Below are positions 59,101 through 64,000 of a stretch of 64,000 nt of DNA, piece by piece. Below the pieces are notes generated by a model. That model was not told where the DNA came from. It saw nothing but the letters and a program-made list of their open reading frames with translations, and made no database searches. A program made the translations under genes and the position numbers. Position 1 is the first letter of the stretch, and every line of letters begins with the position of its first letter. The DNA is from Bugula neritina (taxonomy: Eukaryota > Animalia > Bryozoa): NCBI GenBank assembly GCA_964035545.1, contig OZ037765.1, positions 18,414,995-18,478,994 on the forward strand. The letters run 5' to 3'.

Positions 59101-62100
59101 ACATTGATCAACTGGCTTTGTTGGATGGTAGTGGAAACAGTTAGGACGCAATGGAAAGTTCAGAAAAGTTCTGAGACTAGCAGAATGGAATGTTAGAACA
59201 TTACTAGACCGGAATAATTCAAAAAGACCAGAGAGGCAGACAGCACTTGTTGCAAAAGAGCTGGGCCGATATGATATCGATATTGCAGCTTTGTGTGAAA
59301 CTCGGCTTGCCCTGAATGATAGCCTTGTTGATAATGGGTACACATTCTTTTGGAGTGGAAAAGGCGAGGAAGAAAGAAGAGAATCAGGGGTGGGGTTTGC
59401 TATCAGGAATACAATTATGCCTTATCTAGAACAAGAACCAACAGCAATAAGTGATAGAATTATAAGCATGAGACTTCCACTGAAAAAGAATCATTATGTG
59501 ACAATAGTGAGTGCTTACGCTCCAACAATGACAAATACGGAAGAAAAGAAAGAGGAGTTTTACAATAAATTGAGAGAAACAGTAAAAAATATATCCATCA
59601 CAGACAAACTGATTATAGCCGGTGACTTTAATGCAAGAGTAGGGTGTGAAGCTCAAAATTGGCCAGGCGTTATTGGTAATCAAGGAATTGGAAAATGTAA
59701 CACAAATGGAGAGCTGCTACTGGCATTCTGCTCTGAATACCAGCTTGTTATCACGAACACAGTATTTAAGCACAGGCAGCATCATAAAGTCACCTGGATG
59801 CACCCACGTTCTCAGCATTGGCACCTCCTCGATTATGTGATTACAAGACGGAAAGACCAGAATGATGTGCTAGATACTAGGGCAATGAGAGGTGCTGATT
59901 GCTCAACTGACCATATCATGATCAGGTCCAAGCTAGCATTTGCATTAAGGAAAGCAAAGAACAAGACAAGAGGGAACTCCGCATGCAAACTCAATGTGGG
60001 GAAACTACAAAATCAGGATATGCTACAGGAGTTTCAGAAACAGATGGATAAGGCAATGGACTATAGAGATGATGATGGTGTAACCTTAGAAGAGAGATGG
60101 GGAAAGTTAAAGATCTCAGCCTTCAACACAGCTACCAAAGTCTTAGGTAGAGCAGAAAGAAAGCATCAAGATTGGTTTGATGACAATGATGCAAAGCTGA
60201 ACGCATTACTTAATGAACGAAATAAGGCTAAATCAAAAGCACTACAGAGAAGAACAAGAAGTAGCACTGACCGATTAGCGCAAGCACGCAGCAAGTTGCA
60301 AAAATACACTCGAGAGAAAAAGTCTCAATGGTGGGAGGAAAAAGCAGAATCACTCCAACAGGCAGCTGATAAAAACAACATGAAGGCATTTTACAATGGC
60401 CTTAGAGAAGTCTATGGGCCACAGAACAGGGGAATCGCCCAATTGCTGGACCAAAGTGGTAAAACAGTACTTACAGCAAAGAATGATACCTTAAAAAGGT
60501 TCGCCCAACATTTTGACCTGTTGCTGAATGTACCAGGGGAAGTGGACCAGGAAGCTCTCAATAGTCTCACAAATATGCCACCCAATTTAAGCCTAGACGA
60601 TATGCCAAGTTTTGATGAGCTTCTGGATGCTATAGATGCAACCAAGGAGAATAAATCTCCTGGAGAATGTGGCATTCCAGCTGAGGTGTGGAAGTACGGT
60701 GGAATCAGGCTTAAAGAGAGACTATATGATCTGATTGCTTATATATGGAGTAATGAGAAGATGCCACAGAACTGGAAAAATGCGAACATTGTGCCCATTT
60801 TTAAAAAGGGTAGTAGGAAGGACTGTGGTAATTATAGAGGAATCTCGCTTTTGTCTATAGCTGGAAAGATTATGGCCCGTATCATCCTCAACAAAATCAA
60901 TGTAAATATAACTCCAGGAATACTCCCAGAAACACAGTGTGGCTTTCGAAACAGCAGGAGCACCATTGATATGATATTTAGCTTTCGCCAAATTCAAGAA
61001 AAATGTGCTGAACAAAACATGGAGCTGTATGCTGTATTTATAGACTTTACAAAAGCCTTTGATACAGTATCAAGAGATGGCCTCTGGAGGGTACTGAAGA
61101 AGTTTGGCTTAACTGAGAAGGTCACCAACCTGATAAAAGCTCTTCATGCAGGCATGCAAGCCAAGGTAGTGCAAGGTAGAGATGCTTCAAATGAGTTTGC
61201 AGTAACCAATGGTGTCAAGCAGGGGTGTGTTCTTGCGCCAACACTATTTTCATTATACTTGACCGCTATGCTTGAGGTGGCATTTCAAAATGTAAATGAA
61301 GGAATTTATATTCAACCTCGACATGGGGCTGACCTCTTTGATGTGGCTCAGTTCAAGTCTAAGACCCGTACTACCAAACACCTAGTCAGAGAGATGTTGT
61401 TTGCAGATGACAGTGCTTTGGTGGCACATTGCGCTGCAGATATGCAGGTGCTAGTGAACAACTTTGCAAAAGCAGCGGCTCAGTTTAGCTTAAAAATCAA
61501 CATAAAAAAGACAGAATGCATGTACCAGCCAATTAAACTCATCCACCCTCCACCTGAACCTGAAATTGTCATGATAGATCAAGAACCAGTTTTACTTGCC
61601 TCAGACTTTACTTATCTAGGAAGTACTGTTTCCTGTACGGCAAAAATAGATAAAGAGCTACGGAACAGATTAGGCAAAGCAAGTGCGGCTTACGGTAAGC
61701 TGCAGCAGAGACTCTGGAACAACAGGCACGTATCCATCAGGGTAAAGTGTAAAGTCTACAGAGCGGTGGTGCTCTCAAGCCTGCTGTATGGAGCAGAAAC
61801 ATGGACAATATACAGGACACAGGTGAAGAAGCTAAGCGCCTTCATGATGAGGCAACTGAGAGACATAATGGCTGTAAAATGGTATGACAAAGTTACGAAT
61901 GAAGAAATATTAAGACGTGCCAATTTGCCAAGCATGGCCGACATCCTTATAGAAAAGAACTTGAGATGGCTAGGCCATGTGCACAGGATGGAACATAGCC
62001 GGCTACCAAGACAATTGCTCTACTCTCAGCTGAAAGAGGGTAAAAGAAATACAGGGCGACCTAGACTCAGACTTAAAGATGTTGCTAAGAGGAATATGAA

Positions 62101-63598
62101 ATGGAGAGCAATAAACTTGAGTTCATGGCAGCAGACAGCTGACAACAGAGCTGCGTGGAGAGTTGCAACCAAATCTAAGCTTAATCTATAAAACAGTCAT
62201 AGTCGTATCGACTGACTGCAAGAGAGAGAGAGAGAGAGTGGAAACAGACAAAAACGTGCGCTAGCTGTATTAGATAGTGCCTAAGTAATTAAATTAACAG
62301 ATTCTATCATCAGACAAAAGTGATTAATAAATAGATGCAACCTGATTTGAGTGTCAACTTTGCTTCAGCATTTTCTCAAAACACCTCAAAATTTCACCTA
62401 GTATATTTAGTACTTTATAGTGTCCATCTCATACTAAAATATACTCTAAACTTAGACTATAAAATGATTGTCTGCACCTAAGCATTTGGATGTATGTTAT
62501 ATTACATTTTTTAGAATATGACAGCTTTAGCTTTGCTAGTTAAACATAATCCATCAGATTAATTCTTTAAAGTCAGTTTTATAATTGTCAGAAAGAATTT
62601 AATGAGTTCTTTTTACTAAACTGATTTATTAAAATTCAACTTTTTGTACATGAAGTAGAGTGTTGCTTACAATTAGGCCTCCATACTGAACATCCATATA
62701 TAAATATAAAGAAATCTTACTAATAATTGAAATGTGGTAGCAATAACCTATGATTCCGAAGAAACTCTGCAAATTCATTGCAGTTTTTCACTCACATCGA
62801 TTTTCTATTGTTTGAACAGAGCAAATGAAAAGATCATTAATTATTTGTCAAAAGCTAGCTCTTCCAAACAAGACAACTCCCAATAAATCAGTCATTTTTT
62901 GATAAATGCCAATCAGTTGGCAATGCAAAAATACATGACCAGCATTAGTGGAGTTTTAGTAATTATTTTTGTCTTTACTCGGCTCACCGTGCATATATTT
63001 TTGTTAAATTTAAATCACTAGTTTCACAACTTTTGAATCTACAAAAGATTCCATTTGACTACAACTCATCTATTTGCATGAGTCAACTGAGTGGTAACAG
63101 CCTACTGAGTAACCATTGAGTTAACTTCAGCTCATATTGGCAGAAGTTTCCATTGATCAGCATGATAAGGTCAAATTGCATAATGCAAACCATGGAAATG
63201 TTAGCCATAGCTGTATGGGGTATTTGCTGCACTATAAAAGCACCAGTAAAGTGGAATCTGGATAAAATTACTCAATAAAAGCTTTGAAACGATGTTTTAA
63301 AGCCTATAACATTAACACTTTGAAATACTAAACGTTTTTTTAAAATACATAAATCTGTGCTTTAAAATGTTTTTTAGTAAAATATTTTACAAAACATTAT
63401 TGACACATTCGTCAATGATATGAAATTGTGTCAAAATGAATTTCTTTTTGAACTCAAATCTCACCTGGCCTGTCATTTTCTGATACTTTATGCGTTGCAT
63501 AGTAATCCCATTTATTCAACAAAATCTCCGGATATTTCCCCTGTGTGCAGACAACTCTCTTAGTCGTTACAAAGTTGTAGCCAAGTTCACTCAACGTT
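56192..63598 (-). CDS. HASPIN: Haspin histone H3-T3 kinase, last five coding exons (5' part off the right edge)
   Basis: Exons 63598-63465 (QGKYPEILLNKWDYYATHKVSENDRP), 58830-58757 (YFSTDQHYTVFEFSDGGEPLESYK), 57907-57667 (LAVAEDAYQFEHRDLHWSNIL...IIDFTLSRM), 57343-57241 (LFQGYGDYQFDVYRQMK) and 56429-56192 (WRMFHSVTNVYWMKYLADKIL...*). Phases are consistent. Confidence 0.93.
57397..57544. mobile_element. Palindromic foldback/MITE-like element in a haspin intron
   Basis: AGTAAAAATGGCACAA (57397-57412) pairs with TTGTGCCATTTTTACT (57529-57544). The inner arm ATGGAAAAGTAGGTA pairs imperfectly with TACCTACCTTTCCAT. The centre is G-rich. Confidence 0.65.
59141..62191 (+). CDS. RTE ORF: AP-like endonuclease and reverse transcriptase (frame open from the element's first base)
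   Basis: The frame extends upstream of the tracked 59291 start through LRLAEWNVRTLLDR...PERQTALVAKELGRYDIDIAALCETRL. Motifs GDFNARVG, TWMHPRSQHWHLLDY, TDH, QCGFR, GVKQGCVLAP, FADD, YLGS, WLGHVHRM. No stops. Confidence 0.93.
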   Translation, partial: LGRNGKFRKVLRLAEWNVRTLLDRNNSKRPERQTALVAKELGRYDIDIAALCETRLALNDSLVDNGYTFFWSGKGEEERRESGVGFAIRNTIMPYLEQEPTAISDRIISMRLPLKKNHYVTIVSAYAPTMTNTEEKKEEFYNKLRETVKNISITDKLIIAGDFNARVGCEAQNWPGVIGNQGIGKCNTNGELLLAFCSEYQLVITNTVFKHRQHHKVTWMHPRSQHWHLLDYVITRRKDQNDVLDTRAMRGADCSTDHIMIRSKLAFALRKAKNKTRGNSACKLNVGKLQNQDMLQEFQKQMDKAMDYRDDDGVTLEERWGKLKISAFNTATKVLGRAERKHQDWFDDNDAKLNALLNERNKAKSKALQRRTRSSTDRLAQARSKLQKYTREKKSQWWEEKAESLQQAADKNNMKAFYNGLREVYGPQNRGIAQLLDQSGKTVLTAKNDTLKRFAQHFDLLLNVPGEVDQEALNSLTNMPPNLSLDDMPSFDELLDAIDATKENKSPGECGIPAEVWKYGGIRLKERLYDLIAYIWSNEKMPQNWKNANIVPIFKKGSRKDCGNYRGISLLSIAGKIMARIILNKINVNITPGILPETQCGFRNSRSTIDMIFSFRQIQEKCAEQNMELYAVFIDFTKAFDTVSRDGLWRVLKKFGLTEKVTNLIKALHAGMQAKVVQGRDASNEFAVTNGVKQGCVLAPTLFSLYLTAMLEVAFQNVNEGIYIQPRHGADLFDVAQFKSKTRTTKHLVREMLFADDSALVAHCAADMQVLVNNFAKAAAQFSLKINIKKTECMYQPIKLIHPPPEPEIVMIDQEPVLLASDFTYLGSTVSCTAKIDKELRNRLGKASAAYGKLQQRLWNNRHVSIRVKCKVYRAVVLSSLLYGAETWTIYRTQVKKLSAFMMRQLRDIMAVKWYDKVTNEEILRRANLPSMADILIEKNLRWLGHVHRMEHSRLPRQLLYSQLKEGKRNTGRPRLRLKDVAKRNMKWRAINLSSWQQTADNRAAWRVATKSKLNL
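59141..62236 (+). mobile_element. RTE/BovB-type non-LTR retrotransposon, antisense in the haspin intron 58831-63464
   Basis: 11-bp TSD AGTGGAAACAG (59130-59140, 62237-62247), single long APE-RT frame, about 30-nt 3' UTR and an (AG)n tail. Confidence 0.93.
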
Positions 63599-64000
63599 CT
63601 ACAATTCATCAACAAATGCACATGCAGAGGTCAGAATTTTCTTTAGAAACTGGACCAGCTAACCAGCTGAGCAGACAGACAGATAAAAAACTAAAACTAA
63701 ACTAGTAGATTGTTTATTGAGGCTAAGTGTGTCAAGACATGAAAGTAGCAGAACTACAGCACCAAGGTGAGAAAGAGCTACTCAGTCTGCTTGCAATAAC
63801 TACCCAATATGTTGAACTTTTTATATTGAATGTCTACTTTGGAATACAGCATCTATTTCCATATAAGCACAGGTGGTGATCATGATTTTACTGGTTAGGT
63901 CAACTGACAGGACCTGACTAGTAAATCACTACCTTGTGATGAGATATAGCAGCTGTACATCATACTAGTTGCACCAGAAAGAGTTGAAAACTCATTTACT

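Noticed and set aside
63933-64000. A further haspin exon at the right edge
   Set aside because: The phase-compatible frame contains stops and does not resemble the expected EEILPEIII segment.

Overview
AT-rich, intron-rich animal genomic DNA. The nine-finger Hunchback points to a protostome, most likely a lophotrochozoan (inference). I built seven spliced host genes by hand from GT-AG exon joins, and they alternate strictly in strand: IFT172 (-, 5' part only), PKA inhibitor PKI (+), proteasome assembly chaperone PSMG3 (-, missed by the ORF track), PI4KB (+), UQCRB (-), hunchback (+, behind about 14 kb of non-coding DNA) and haspin (-, 3' part only). Mobile DNA: an intact two-ORF CR1/L2-group LINE inside the PSMG3/PI4KB divergent region, a decayed 3' fragment of the same family, an RTE/BovB-type LINE with an 11-bp TSD in a haspin intron, two copies of a tRNA-derived SINE and several MITEs. 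The most unusual unexplained signal is a degenerate 3/6-bp-periodic (A[G/C]T-NNN / ANT)n sequence. It flanks the 5' ends of the housekeeping genes at three separate loci and is largely absent elsewhere. All assignments come from reading the sequence and recalling protein families; no searches were run.
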